Shown here piece by piece: positions 36,651-49,159 of a stretch of 64,000 nt of DNA. The notes beneath the pieces were generated by a model, which did no database searches, was not told the DNA's origin, and worked only from the letters and a program-made list of their open reading frames with translations. Location: positions 22,694,001 to 22,758,000 of the forward strand of contig CM059432.1 of NCBI GenBank assembly GCA_030390025.1. Direction: 5' to 3'. Both the position numbers and the translations under genes were made by a program. The first letter of the stretch is position 1, and every line of letters starts with the position of its first letter. The DNA is from Squalus acanthias. Its lineage: Eukaryota.

Positions 36651-38261
36651 AGTCATTGACCTGAAACGTTGGGGGGAATTTTTCGGGGGGTCAGCAGGCA
36701 CGTTTGGTGCCCACTGACGGGTAGTGAACCCGCTGTCAACCCACCTCCACGCTTGTCTCCCAGATGTTGGGTCTGTCATCGCTGAACAGATCCAACATCA
36801 GGCGGCAGGGGAGGCAATTTAGATCATTAGAGGCAATTAAACAGTATTTTAAGCTTAGCTTTAGATTTTTAGAGTTCGCCAACGGTTTCCACGGTAAGGA
36901 GGTCGGGTGTTGGGTCAGCGTGTGATGATTTCTTTACTTGACAGCTGCAAATGGTCTATAAAAGCATCCATTTCATAGCTGTTCACTTTCCAAGGTTAGA
37001 AGCTGTTGCTTACTGCATTTGGAAGACAGATTGAGCTTTATGCAGGTTGCAAGTATTTGGAGCAAACTCTCTATCCAGTGTCAACCCATTGGAACAACCT
37101 CTCTCACCATTGACAGATCGCTTCTGTCATCTCAACCTCACCTGCCATCTATTACATCAGCATCGGTGCCCTTAAAAAAATCTCACCTTGGTCCTCAGAA
37201 TCCAACCACGATCAGCCCCAACACGAGCAGCACCAGGCACACCAGCAGCACCAACAACAACACCAACCTTCTCCGCAATCAGCTAGTGTTGCACAGGACA
37301 CAGGGCATCAGCACCCGACCACATTGCTGCCTGGGACGTCAGGGATGGCCTCACCATAGCCAGATTTACTTCACTTGATGCTGTCAAATCATGCACACTT
37401 GCCTTTCCCAATGTCGGGTCTCCCAGTGCTGAGCAGACCTGACCGGCAGTGGCGAGGACCTAATTTAAACAATTATTGGCTTGTTGACAAACCCTTGAGA
37501 GTGAATTTAACCTTACCTTTTGACATTAAGAGCTCACCCACACCTTCCACGCTGCTCCTGGACCCCGTCTGTTAATCTGAGGCGGAAGTTGAGTGGCCAT
37601 TGAATCAGCTGATGAGTGACAGCTTGAAATGTAATATAAAAACTCCCACTTCACACCTGTTCACTTTCCAAGCACAGAGGCTGTTGCTTTCTCCCTTTAG
37701 AACACAAATTGAGCTTTATGCAGGCTACAAGTATTTGGAGCAAACTCTCCAGCCAGTGTCACCTCGTTGGAACAACGTCTCTCGCCATTGACAGATTGCT
37801 TCTGTCATCTCAAGCTCACCTGCCATCTATGACATCAGAATGGGTACAGTTTATACTGTCTCACCTTGGTCCTCAGAATCCCATCACGATCAGCCCCAAC
37901 ACCAGCACCCGACCACATTGCTGCCCAGGAGGCCAGGGATGGCTCACCTTGGCTAGATTTACTTCACTTGACACTGCACACCCTGACTGCCACATAATGC
38001 GCAAGGCTAGCACCACCCCACACCAACACCATAAAGCATCCCTACAATGCCCAAGCCATTCCTTTCACACTCATCACCAATGTGGGGGGTACTGTTATGT
38101 ATCACCATTCACTGCAACTCACTAAGCCACTTCCAAAGGTGCACACAAATCTGTCCAAGAACGCAAAGTGTTGAAAATAAAGATTTCAATACTTGACAGC
38201 ACATTAACAGAAACTTCACATGAACATTGGCTAAAGTACCCGAGTGCCTACCCTTATGTAT

Positions 38262-38906
38262 TAACAACAGAAAACGCTGGAAAAACTCAGCAGGCCAGGC
38301 AGCATCCATGGAGAGAGAAACAGAGTTAACGTTTCAGGTCGAAGACCTTTCATCAGAACTGGAAAAAAGCAGGAAATGAAATAGATTTAAAGTAAGTATA
38401 ATGCTTGGAAAAGGGGGAGGGGATGAAAGAACAAAATGGAAGGTCAGTGGTAGGATAGAAGGCAGGAGAGATTAAGAGACATTGAGAGACATTAAGAGAT
38501 AATCAAGGCAAGAGGAGGTGGTAATGTGACAGGTTGAGGCTAGATGAAGTGTGAAATGCGCTGGCAGAATGAAGGACAGCTGCCAGCTTCTGGGAAGGAA
38601 GAAAAAAAGGCCAAACAAAAGGGTGGATGAAAAAATAAAATAAAAATACAAATATATATGTGATAGGGGCCGGGGTTATGATCTGAAATTGTTGAACTCT
38701 ATATTGAGTCCAGAGGGCTGTAGGGTGCCTAAACAAAAGATGAGGTGCTTTTCCTCGAGCTTACGCTGAGCTTCCCTGGAACAATGCAAGAGGCCGAGGA
38801 CGGTGAGGTCAGAGTGGGAGTAGAGTGGAGAATTAAAGTGACAGGCCACCGGGAGCCCGGGGTCCCCCTTACAGACTGAATGGAGGTGTTCCGCAAAGCG
38901 GAACCC
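38262..38906 (-). mobile_element. Penelope-like element 3' part (GIY-YIG endonuclease C-terminus + terminal repeat)
   Basis: Minus strand ~38906-38678 reads RFAEHLHSVCKGDPGLPVACHFNSP..RKLEEKHLIFCLGTLQPSGLNIEF, typical of Penelope GIY-YIG C-termini. Confidence 0.85.
38321..38362 (-). ncRNA. Minimal type I hammerhead ribozyme motif
   Basis: Minus strand CCAGUU CUGAUGA A AGGUC UUC GACCU GAAAC GUU AACUCUG: canonical core, 5-bp stem II, 4-bp stem I. Confidence 0.7.
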
Positions 38907-39636
38907 TTATGTATTGTTAATTGGTATGATTGGACTAGGTTGCGGGTGAGTGTGAGGGGTGGCTAGTGAGATGGGGATGTGATAATGTAGATAGAGAGGA
39001 ATGGGTGGAGGTGCAAGGTAAGTTAGTGTGAGTAAGGATGTGCAGGAATAGGGTAGGGAAGGCAAAGTGATGGGGAGGTGATGAGTGGCACAGCAGGATG
39101 AGTTTGAGAGTGGCTTTGCAGTAATGTTTCGTGATCTAATGAGATCATTGAAAAGCTTGCGCCACTGCAGCCTGGTCCTCCTAACGACATCCCTGATTGT
39201 GCGCTGTGTAACCAGGCTGTGTTGATCTCCTAGGGAGGTCTCTTCCACCCATGGAAAGAGAAGAGAACCTCCCTGCGTGCTGTGACTCCCTCCAAAAGTA
39301 TATGGAGGGAGTCATGGGAGAGCCATGGTGCAGGCGTGCACCTCTGTGCAGTGCTTGTCAGTGTTTGCAGCACCTCAATGCTGTAGAACACTGACAGCAC
39401 AACTGTCAAAATCAATTTGCGCATGGTCCCTTTAAGGAAACCAGCTGATGACGCATCATCAAGTGATGTCAGCATACCTGCTTCGTTCAATTGGTCGGGA
39501 AACGTGCAGGGCGGACTTAACAAGCCCTATCAATGTAAAATACTTTTCACAGAGCGGACTGGAGCCAGCAGTGGGGTCGTACCCCGTCACCGACCCCGGC
39601 CGCAACGGACCCGCCTCGGTAGGCGAAATCGCGGCT

Positions 39637-39742
39637 GTTAACTCTGTTTCTCTCTCCACAGATGCTGCCTGATCTGCTGAGTATTTCCAGCATTTTCTGT
39701 TTCTACTTCAGATTTCCAGCATCCGCAGTATTTTGCTTTTGT
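39637..39742 (+). mobile_element. Penelope terminal fragment (5' part at 36652-36670)
   Basis: gtcattgacctgaaacgtt | gttaactctgtttctctc reconstitutes the terminus once the Harbinger is removed. Confidence 0.8.
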
Positions 39743-40269
39743 ACCAGTTGTGAAGTGCTCATTTTCACTTTCTACGTGCAGTACTTTGCACTAGTCTGTG
39801 TTAAATTGATCATGCCGCCTAGTTCACCTTGTTAAAAGCTCTGAAATGTTTTCCTTCAGGGCATATTTTACAATCGCATGCTGCCAAAGTGGAAGTGCAT
39901 ATTCGGCCTTCATTTGTGCAGTTACCTATGATTTTAATCAATGGAAAATCAAGTTGGGGGGAGGCGGTGCGTGGGAGGCATGTTTATAAATTCCCCTTAA
40001 TGCACTCTTGATGAACAAGGTGCCATGATAGGATTGTGTATTTTTAGAATTTACCACTTTATGTAAGGAGCACTATAGAAAATAAGATTGTTGTTTTCCA
40101 GCAGTCATGTATTCGTAAAAAATGTCTTTTAAAAAAAGCACTGATTAAGTACAGTCCTGAATAAATAAGCACAACTGTCGCATTTTATATGCATTAATCC
40201 ACGTTGAAGTAGCTACCTCGCAGTCTGTTACACTAGTATTCAATCATAAACCACCCATTAAGTATCAAT

Positions 40270-42345
40270 CTTATGTTTTATGCTACTTTCAGGAGTAGGC
40301 CATTCAGTCAGATCATGGCTGATCTGTACCTCAACTCCATTTACCAACTTTGTTCCATATCCCTTGATACACTTACATAAAAAAACCTATTGACATCGGT
40401 CTTGAAAATTTCAATTGGCCCAACATCCACAGCCTTTTGAGGGAGAGTTCCAGATTTCAACTACGCTTTGTGTGAAAAAGCATTTCCTGATTTCACTCCT
40501 GAATGGTCTAGCTAGAATGAACCCACCAGAGGAAATAGTTTCTTTGTATCTACTTTATCATTCATCATTTTAAACACCTCGATTAGATCACCCCTCAACT
40601 TTATAAACTCAAGTGAATACAAGCCACGTTTATGCAACCTGTCCTCATAACTTAACCCTTTAAACCCCAGTATCACTCTGGTGAATCTGCACTGTACCAA
40701 GGCCAAATTATCCTTCCTGAGGTGCGATGGCCAGAACGGCATGCAGTACTCCAGATGGGGGTCTGACCAATACTTTGTACAACGGATACATAACTGCCCC
40801 ACCTTTGTATTCCAGCCCCCCTGAGCTAAAAGCCAATATTCTATTAGCTTATTTGATTACTTTTTGTACCTGTGCACTAGCTATTAATGATTTGTTTACA
40901 TAGACACATAAGTCCCTTTGCTCCTCCACAGTTCTAAGCCTCTTGCCAGTAAGAAAATATTCCAATTTTTTTTTTTGGATCCAAAGTGGAAGACTTCACA
41001 CTTCCCCACATCGAATTCCATCTGCCACTGTCTTGCTCACTCACTTAATTTGTTTATGTCCCTTTGTAACTTTTTTCTCCCACCTACACAATTTACTGTG
41101 CCTCTCCAAACTTTGAAAAACAACTCTATATTCCTTCATGCAAGTCATTAATATATATGACGAAAAGCTGAAGCCCTAGTATAGATCCCTGTAGAACATC
41201 ACTTGTCATGTCCTGCCAATCAGAGAACAAACCCTTTGTCCCTACTCTCTGTTTCCTATCAGCCAACCAACTACCAACCTGTCACAAGGTTACCTACAAT
41301 TCTATGCGCTTTTATTTTTGCGAATAATCTCTTGAGCTGAAGGTTATGAAATACTTCTGGAAGTCCATATAGATAAAATCCGTAACTACTCCCCTATCCA
41401 CCATGCTAGTGACGTCCTCAAAATATTCAGCTAGATTAGTCAGACACGACGTACCCTTCACAAATCCATGCTGATTCTCTTTGATCAACTGATGCCTGTC
41501 TAAGTGCTCACTCGCTCTGTCTCCGATGATAGATTCCAGAAATGTTCCCGCAATTGATGTTACCTAGTTTCTCTCGCCTGCCCTTTTTAAATAATAAATT
41601 GGCACTTGCAATTTTCAAATCGAAATGCACAAGTCCTCAATCTAAAGAGCTTTGGAAAATTATGACTAATGTATCTGCAATGTCCTCACCTATTTCTTTT
41701 ATTTTCCTTTCATGTAGAACCATCAGGTTCCTCTCCTTGACTTATTTTTAGTTTCCCTTGTACCATTGGTACTTTGTCCTCTTCCTCTACTGTGAAGACA
41801 ATACCAATTACTCGATTAATTCTTTAATTCTTTATTGCTCATTGTAGTCTCACATCTATCTGTCTTTAATGGGCTCACATTCACTGTTACCACTCTTTCT
41901 CTTAATATATTTATAAAAACGATTACTGTTAGTTTTCAAACCCTTTGCAAGTTATTTCATATTCCCATTTTGCACTTTTTAGTATGTTCTTTTTATCCCC
42001 TTGTTGCTTTTTATAGCTCTCCCAGTCTGCGGGATTTACACTTTTTTTTTGCATTTGTGTAAGTCATTTCTTTTAGCTTATATTTTCTCTTACTTCATTT
42101 GTTCGCCATGGTTGCATAACTGACAAGTGAAGCTTTCACCTTTTGGGGTATGTACTGGTTTTATATTGTACCAAATACTCCTTTGAATAGTTCCCACTAT
42201 CTGTAGGTGCACCCATTAATAGCTAAGCCCAGTTTACTGTGATCAAATTATTTCTGATCCCTTTGCCTTATCTACATTTAAAACCTTAGTTTATGACTTT
42301 CTCTTCAAACCTAATTTCAAATTCAATCATATCATTATTAACTAT
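40270..42345 (-). mobile_element. Decayed CR1 ORF2
   Basis: PHLEYCMPFWPSHLRKD, YSLEFIKLRGDLIEVFK, SQHGFVKG remnants on the minus strand; 3' UTR at ~40280-40340. Confidence 0.85.
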
Positions 42346-42349
42346 TCTG

Positions 42350-42790
42350 TGTCAGCCAGTGGCTCAATTGGTAGCACCCTCACCTCTAAACCAGAAAGTT
42401 TTGGGTCAAGTCCCACTCCAGAGACTTGAGCACAAAAAATATAGGCTGACACTCCAGTGCAGTACTGAAGGAATGCTGCAATTTTGGATGAGACGTTAAA
42501 CCGAGGCCCCGTCTGCTCTTTCAGGTGGACATAAAAGATCTCATGGCACTATTTCGAAGAAGAGTGGGGGAGCAATCCCCAGTGTCTTGGCCAATATTTA
42601 TCCCTCAATCAACATCACTAAAACAGATTATCTGGTCTTTATCACATTGCTGTTTGTGGGAGCTTGTTGTGCGCAAGTTGGCTGCCGTTTTTCCTACATT
42701 ACAACAGTGACTACACTTCAATAGCTGTAAAGCGCTTTGGGATGTCCAGTGGTCATGAAAGGTGCTATATGAATGCAAATCTTTCTTTCT
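42350..42790 (+). mobile_element. Deu-domain SINE, nearly full length
   Basis: A-box-like tggctcaattgg, B-box-like gggtcaagtcc, Deu core and tail. Confidence 0.85.
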
Positions 42791-42859
42791 ATTCTGGTTC
42801 TTGCTCATCATGAAATCTAGTATGGCCTGTTCTACAATATATTGACTGAGAAATTCAAT

Positions 42860-44040
42860 CGCAGCTAAAATACTGTCTGCTCACAACTGCAGCCTCCCCT
42901 CCCCGCTTCCCTTCACTCTCCTACAATCACTCCACACACCTGTAGCCCCAATACTCACAATACTCCCCTCCTCGCTTTCCTGCACTCTCCTAGGATCACT
43001 GCGCACATTTCACTCCACCTTCTCTTCCTGCTCACAATCTCGGCACCTCCCACTCTCAGCACCATTGGAATCCTCACTTTTCTAAGTTTCACAATCTTAA
43101 ACACATCTGCACTAGTCGACCCTGACAGGCACATTCTCAAAACAGCTCACAAGGCTATCAATAACACACTCCCTTCTTTCTTGCAGGAGAAGGTGGCACA
43201 CAATATGAGACACAAACAGCAAGTGGAGGAGGCCGAGGCTGCCTACACATCCTTTCTCGACTGGAGGAGCAGGACCATGACCTGATGGGTAGGTGGAAAA
43301 GTCATGGCTGTGGCGAGTGGAAACGCAGGAGGAGACATGCCAAAGGGTTGCTTTACATCTGACCCTCTTTTTCCCTTCTCACTTCTATCTCACCCTACGC
43401 AGTCTGCATGGCCAGCAGCCTCTACTTTCAGGGGCGAATCATCGCCCTCTGATTGCCCTTGACACTAAAATTCAAGCCGTGTCCCTCTGTGTCATTTCAG
43501 GTGAAGAAAATGTTGAGGCCCCTGTACCAGTGCAGGAAGAGAAGGCCAACCTTTCTGATGGAGCAATGCCACTCGATCTGACCCAACAGGCACCAGCTCA
43601 GAAATTGGCACCACACAAACTTTAGAGGGTAGACGAGAGCCTTAACACGATGAATCACCGAGCACGAGTGTGCAGGAGCTAGCTCAAGGAGATCGGATGA
43701 TACAGAGCCAGGTCAACGGAGGACAAGGTTACATCCTAGCCCTGCTGCAGAAGACTGAAGTGTTGACTTACAGGGCCCAGCTTACCGAAGAAAGCTGATG
43801 ACCGTTCACTAGGAAATGGTAAGCACACTGGGCTGAAAGTCAGCAAACTTGCACACTGAGAGCATGAAGGAGTCCAGCTCCAACTTGTGTTCGGGTTTCA
43901 TGCAGCTCACACTTCTGCCATAGAACCTCAAACATCTGCCACCTTGGCTCTGGGGTCCAGCATTTAGAGCATCACATCACTCCTGCTCTCTGTTCTCATA
44001 CCCTTGTCTGTGCCACACAGCCAGCAGGGCCAAATTGCCT
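42860..44040 (+). pseudogene. Harbinger Myb/SANT gene remnant (intron 1, exon 2, exon 3)
   Basis: Acceptor ttcttgcag|EKVAHNMR at ~43187 and gtcatttcag| at 43500, colinear with 52504-53300. Confidence 0.6.
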
Positions 44041-44565
44041 TGTATTCATTGCCCTTACCACTTGATTCACTGTGATACAGCCGAAGTGGGTTTTTTTCAG
44101 GACTCTATCCTATTAATGAGTTGTCTTGGAAAAGGACAGCACAAATGCTGACATAAATGGAAATTGTATTTTATTAAACTCTCTCCAGCAAAAAGCTGCT
44201 GTGGGGCAAATGACCTTCTACATACGTATGTATTAAGGAAATAAAGATCCAAAGATTAAAAAGGAGCACACTGACTGGAATACTCCGTGTATTGAAATTG
44301 CAGAACATAAAGATACCCTGCAGCACCTTGGAAGTTTCTCACTTTGTAAAAAACTTGCTGAATTTTAAATGGAGCTTTTAGCTCATTATGGTTATAATAA
44401 TATTTGCATTCATGGAATGCCTTATCATGCCTCAAACTGTCTGAAGCATATCAGGCAATGAATAATACAGGCACGCCTGCCAGTCATACTCCTCCAATGT
44501 CCCTCAGACAGCCATAATATTAATAACTGCTTTTGATGGTGTTGGCTGAGGGATGAATGTTGGAC

Positions 44566-46597
44566 TCAAGGGGGTAGAAATTAGGTCACGCCCCATTTGG
44601 GGCGCAAATATCGTCTGGACGCAAATATTAGCGCCTGGCGCTAATTATCGGCACTGACTGGAAACTTCACTTTTACCGCCCCGGGAGGTGAGTGGAGCGC
44701 TAAAGCAGGCGCTGCACACCTGTCTTAAGGCGCAAAGGCCAAGGAGTGAGGCGCTAACTCAGAGCGCTGGCGAAGCTCATGTAATGTCAGTCAGCAATGG
44801 AACACACACACAATGGCACGGGCCAGTTCTTAAAGGGGATGGTTAATCTTGCTTTCCATGCACATCCTGTTCATTGCAGCCTTGAATCTCGGCCTGGAGA
44901 GACTTGCACATCAAATGTGCTCGAAAGAACAATGGAGAGTACCAGGCAAAGAGCTCAGAGTGCAGCTCCCACAGTCTCTGCTAAATCGATACAAGGAATG
45001 GCAAATCAAAATGAACCTGCAAAGTGCTGCTCAGTACCCAAAACTCCTTCACACAATGTTGAATCTCTCCAGAAGTCTCTCCCTCTCTCTCTCAGAATGC
45101 GTAGTTCAAAAATGCCACCAACAATAAAAGACAGGAAGAGGCCCCCTTTAAATAGCGCCCCCCCCAGCCCCACAGCGATTGATAGCGTTCCAGTCTTCTG
45201 GTCGTTGGATGCGCCAGGCGGTAAGGCAGGGGGCGCCACTCAATTTCCGCTCCGGGGCGCCACAAGGGCGTTGCACCATGGAATGACGTCACAATCTGCG
45301 CGCGCAGGTGGTCGCAGCGGTAAGTTTTAGCGCCGCCGCACAATGTCAAGTTAAGTTCCCGAGCGGCGCAAACATCGCTGCGCCCGGGCGTTAGCGGCTT
45401 TGCGCCCCATTAGCGCCCTCTTAAGGCACTAACGGGAGGCGCAACCAACTGAATTTTTACCCCAAGGAATTTTTACTAGTCCTAGCCCCTTTAGGGCTAC
45501 CGCGGATCAGGCGTATTCCTCAGATGTTCACTATCAACTAAAGTTTGAGGTAGCCAAATCCTAAAGACGCTTAATTGGGTCTAAAGGTCCGAACTATCTC
45601 TCCCTAAAGGAAAGGAACAACCTGAAGATGTTACTGTCCTCCAGAGAGCACTTTTAATAAGTTTAGCTAGACTGTAACGTTCCGGATATTATGAAGGTCC
45701 GGAAAACTCCCCCAGAATTCTGCAACTCCTCACCAAAGAGTGTACAGAGATTGAGTTTGCGAGTTTGATACAGAAGTATCATGTGAGATAATTCTAAAAA
45801 TATATAGATTTATTAAAGAACTGACATGTAATTTACAGTTGGTGAGTCAATCGCAACATTAACAGTTCCAAAAAGAGGAAACTTACAATTCTATTATCAG
45901 AGAACCTACTCTAAAATCTTAACTTCGCTACAGTTTTACAGTTCTTAGTTTTCTACAGGATATCCACTAAAATCAAATACAGTACCTTTGATCCCCGAGG
46001 TACAAAGAGTTGGAGACTTACAGCGCCATCTCTGAAGCCGAGAATCACTTTGCCCCTTTACAGCGAGTCTACTATCCCATTTGAGAGTTCAATATTTATA
46101 CCCTTTTCCAGTGGTATTTCCTTTAAGGTTTTCTGCTGACGTATGCTAATTATCTCCAGTCATTTTTCTGCTGACCCCTGCAATTCTTACAGTCACCTCA
46201 GCTGGTAGTATTACAGAATTATGTCTCTTCTCTAGGTGATCTATGTTTACCATAAAAAACGGTATAACAGCAGGTGCGGTTTTTACTTGATGTCATTTTT
46301 ACGAAGGCAGATGTTTGTGCTTCTTTACGAAGTGCAAATTAGAACACCTTAACCAGGGTGAACCATTGTCTGATTCCGAAAGGTCAGTCTGTCAGGAGCC
46401 TTTAACATTCTGTTTAAATAAGGTTATTGATTCAGTGTCAACAACTATCTTATCTCTATAGCCAGAATGCTATCACAGCTTTTCCATAGTTAGGTTTCTA
46501 GATTTCCAAACCCAGTTTGTCATGTTTTAATAAGGCCAGAATTCTTTCATAGAATGGTGTATTTTTCTGAATAGGTTTTATGACTTATTCCTTCACA
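44566..46597 (-). mobile_element. Solo LTR (~1.1 kb net), interrupted by a Harbinger MITE, inside a decayed Deu SINE
   Basis: TSD GGAC (44562-65 / 46598-601). Ends tcaaggaat...attccttcaca. Minus-strand TATAAATA (~46092-100) then AATAAA (~45808). SINE continues on both sides. An alternative left end at 45673 (agac|tgta) is possible. Confidence 0.6.
44571..45463 (+). mobile_element. Harbinger-type non-autonomous element, 893 bp, complete
   Basis: TIR ggggtagaaatt / aatttttacccc; TSD AAG (44568-70 / 45464-66). Confidence 0.85.
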
Positions 46598-47408
46598 GGA
46601 CAGGACACTAAAAGAACACCCTGGTCTTTGAAAAATGCCATGGGATCTGTAAAATTGGCACATGCAACTGTATAGAAGTCTCTCAGTCCTGCACTGGAGT
46701 ATTAGCAGGATAAATTGGACCCATTGTACATGTTTTTCGGATGCAGAATGGGGTCAAAAAGCACCAATTTCATGGTGCTGTCTCCCTTGCCCCAAGGGCG
46801 CCGGAAATACGACCACAAATTGGATCGGATGATTTTTTGAGCACCCCTAGTGGCTGCCTAAAACAGGCATTAGGCTTCTTGCATATTTAAATTGATCTAT
46901 CGCTGATTTCAGGTAGTCACTTAGTACGCCTAGAAGCAGTGAGGACCAATATATTTTTTGTACAAATGGGATTTAATATGCCACCACGCAGATTAGATGC
47001 AAGACCTTGTGCACAGAAATTGTTTTCAATTGGTATTGTGCCCGTTTCTACACCCAAAAGCCTGGCAAAACAAATACTCATTTCATTCTCCAAATAACTT
47101 CTGCTGAAAGTGGCCCATACCAAGTGCCAGGGTGCCAGATCAGGCCCACCTGAAAATTGAGTTTGACACCTCTGCTATAGATAGTGGAGAGAGGCATTTA
47201 GGGGTCAGGAGGTGATCCAGTCATCACAAATTACTCAGCCTCTGACCAGTGAACTCTTGTAGCCACATTGTTCATATGGCTGGTCCAGTAAAACTTCTCG
47301 TCTAGCTTCTAATGGTGACCCCCATGATGTCAATGGCCATTGAAGGTCAGGGGTGGTGGTTGGCTATTTGGAGATTTCATTGCCAGCCACTTATGTAGCA
47401 TAAATAAT

Positions 47409-48168
47409 GGCCCAAAAATTCGGCTGAATACGGGAGAGTACGAACTGTGTACTCTCGTGTATTCGGTCCCGAAGTGCCAGTTTCCTGCATGCACTGCGCA
47501 TGCGCGGGAAACCGGCACTTCCGGTATGGCGAAGGGGCGGTTCCTAAGTGAACCGCGTGCGCACTACAGGCTGTGCGCACGCAGCACACTTAGGTTTTTT
47601 TTCAGGTTTCAACGCGAAGGTAAGTATGGAATATTTTACACATGAAGAAAGGAGGCGTAAGACCCCCTTTTAACAAGGTAAGTAGTTAATTAAGTATTTT
47701 AATTTTTTTTCAACAGGTTTATCTTTTTTAGAGACTTTAAAGAAAGGTAAGTTTATTTTTATAACTTTTAGAAAGAATTTAAATTTTTTCAAAAATTTTA
47801 ATTTTTGTTTAAAGTGGTTAATTTATTTAACTATACTTATTTAATTAATGTGATGGGGTTTTTTTAAATTTATTTGAGGTTTAGCTGTTCTTTTGGGGGC
47901 AATTTATATTCATAGTTTTGACAGTTCTCCTGTCAAATCTATGAATGAAAGATAGTGTGCTGCCATTGGCTCTCCATGGCCCACGTGATCCGAGAGGTCG
48001 CATCGAACTAACTGCGCCTCTGGGACACGCACACATTGCGCGCCGGCACCAGGGAGAGGCCCGGGACCAGAAGTTCCTGTGGGCCCAAAACACAACGGCC
48101 GGCGCGGAGTGCGATATCGCGCAAGATCCTTACCCCCGCGGCAAGCCTCCGAGTCAAATTTCTAGGCC
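47409..48168 (+). mobile_element. Harbinger-type MITE (family of 20547-21257)
   Basis: ggcccaaaaatt...aatttctaggcc, flanked by AAT/ATT; inserted in a minus-strand LINE fragment (~47170-48190). Confidence 0.8.
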
Positions 48169-49159
48169 ATTACCTACCACTTGTCAGTTCAAGACTGGAT
48201 GTTCGGGACCTGCTTTATTATTGAAAGAGTCGCAAATGGAGCTGATTACTAAAGAGTCATCAGTGAACTTCTGACCTTACAATGGATGGAATATCTGTCC
48301 CAACCTCAGGATAGCATTCCAATTGCCTCAGTACGATGTTTATATTTTCCACCTCAGCTGTTTTTATGAGTTAGGACTAGGAAGTGAGCCGAGACTGTCT
48401 CATCCCTCTGTGAAATCAGATTAGACATTCCTCCCAGCAGTCTCTCAAAGCTGATAAAGACTTGACCTACTGTGCTAAGCAAACCCAAGGGTGTATTTTT
48501 AGAAGGAAAAAATACATTGGTAGCCACTGTGGGGAGGGGGATGTGCTGAACCTGCAGTATACTTTAATAAACAGGAACATATTGAGTTATCCTATTAAAG
48601 ATGCCACTCAGCTTCTAAAATAGCTTTTAAAAACATTTTGATAATGTAACAACGCTAGGAATCATGATCATGAATTTTTGATCTTACATTATCTACTGTC
48701 AGCTCAGCAGGAGTTGATTATATGCCCTCAGCCAGATTGCAGTTTAAAAATTGACAAGAGTCCGATCTAGCGAGCGGAACCGCACAATCACATTGCAAAG
48801 ATAATGTCACTTCATCAATCTGATACATCTGAATTATGCAGCGACGGGCTGAATCTGAGTTGAGGGGGAGTGGGGGAAATCTATATTTGCCAAGCAAATT
48901 GACTTCCATTATATTGAGCAGATTTTGAGTTATGCTTTGCAGACCTCTGCGCCTTGCCCATTCAGTAAATTAAAGCGCAATGATGAAGCAAAAGCTTAGT
49001 GCTATTGCATTACTGGGGGCTTAACACAGGCATTTCTCAGATCATCTGGAAAAAAGTGATTAAAGTATAAATCTATTTTGATGCAAAGCTGCAAGTTACT
49101 GTGGCATGAGCCATCATGTGCTCAGATCAGTGTAAAATATATGCAGCTTGGGGAGGGAA

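Larger units (their letters stand above)
36671..39636. mobile_element. Internally deleted Harbinger element with internal duplication
   Basis: TSD GTT (36668-70 / 39637-39). Duplicated block ~36950-37375 / ~37620-37970. Minus-strand Myb exon RLQWRKLFNDLIRS (38907-39330). Confidence 0.75.

Noticed and set aside
44797..45330. 177-aa ORF as a novel protein
   Set aside because: No recognisable motif, and the sister copy at 27352-28175 breaks the frame at a (GA)n tract.
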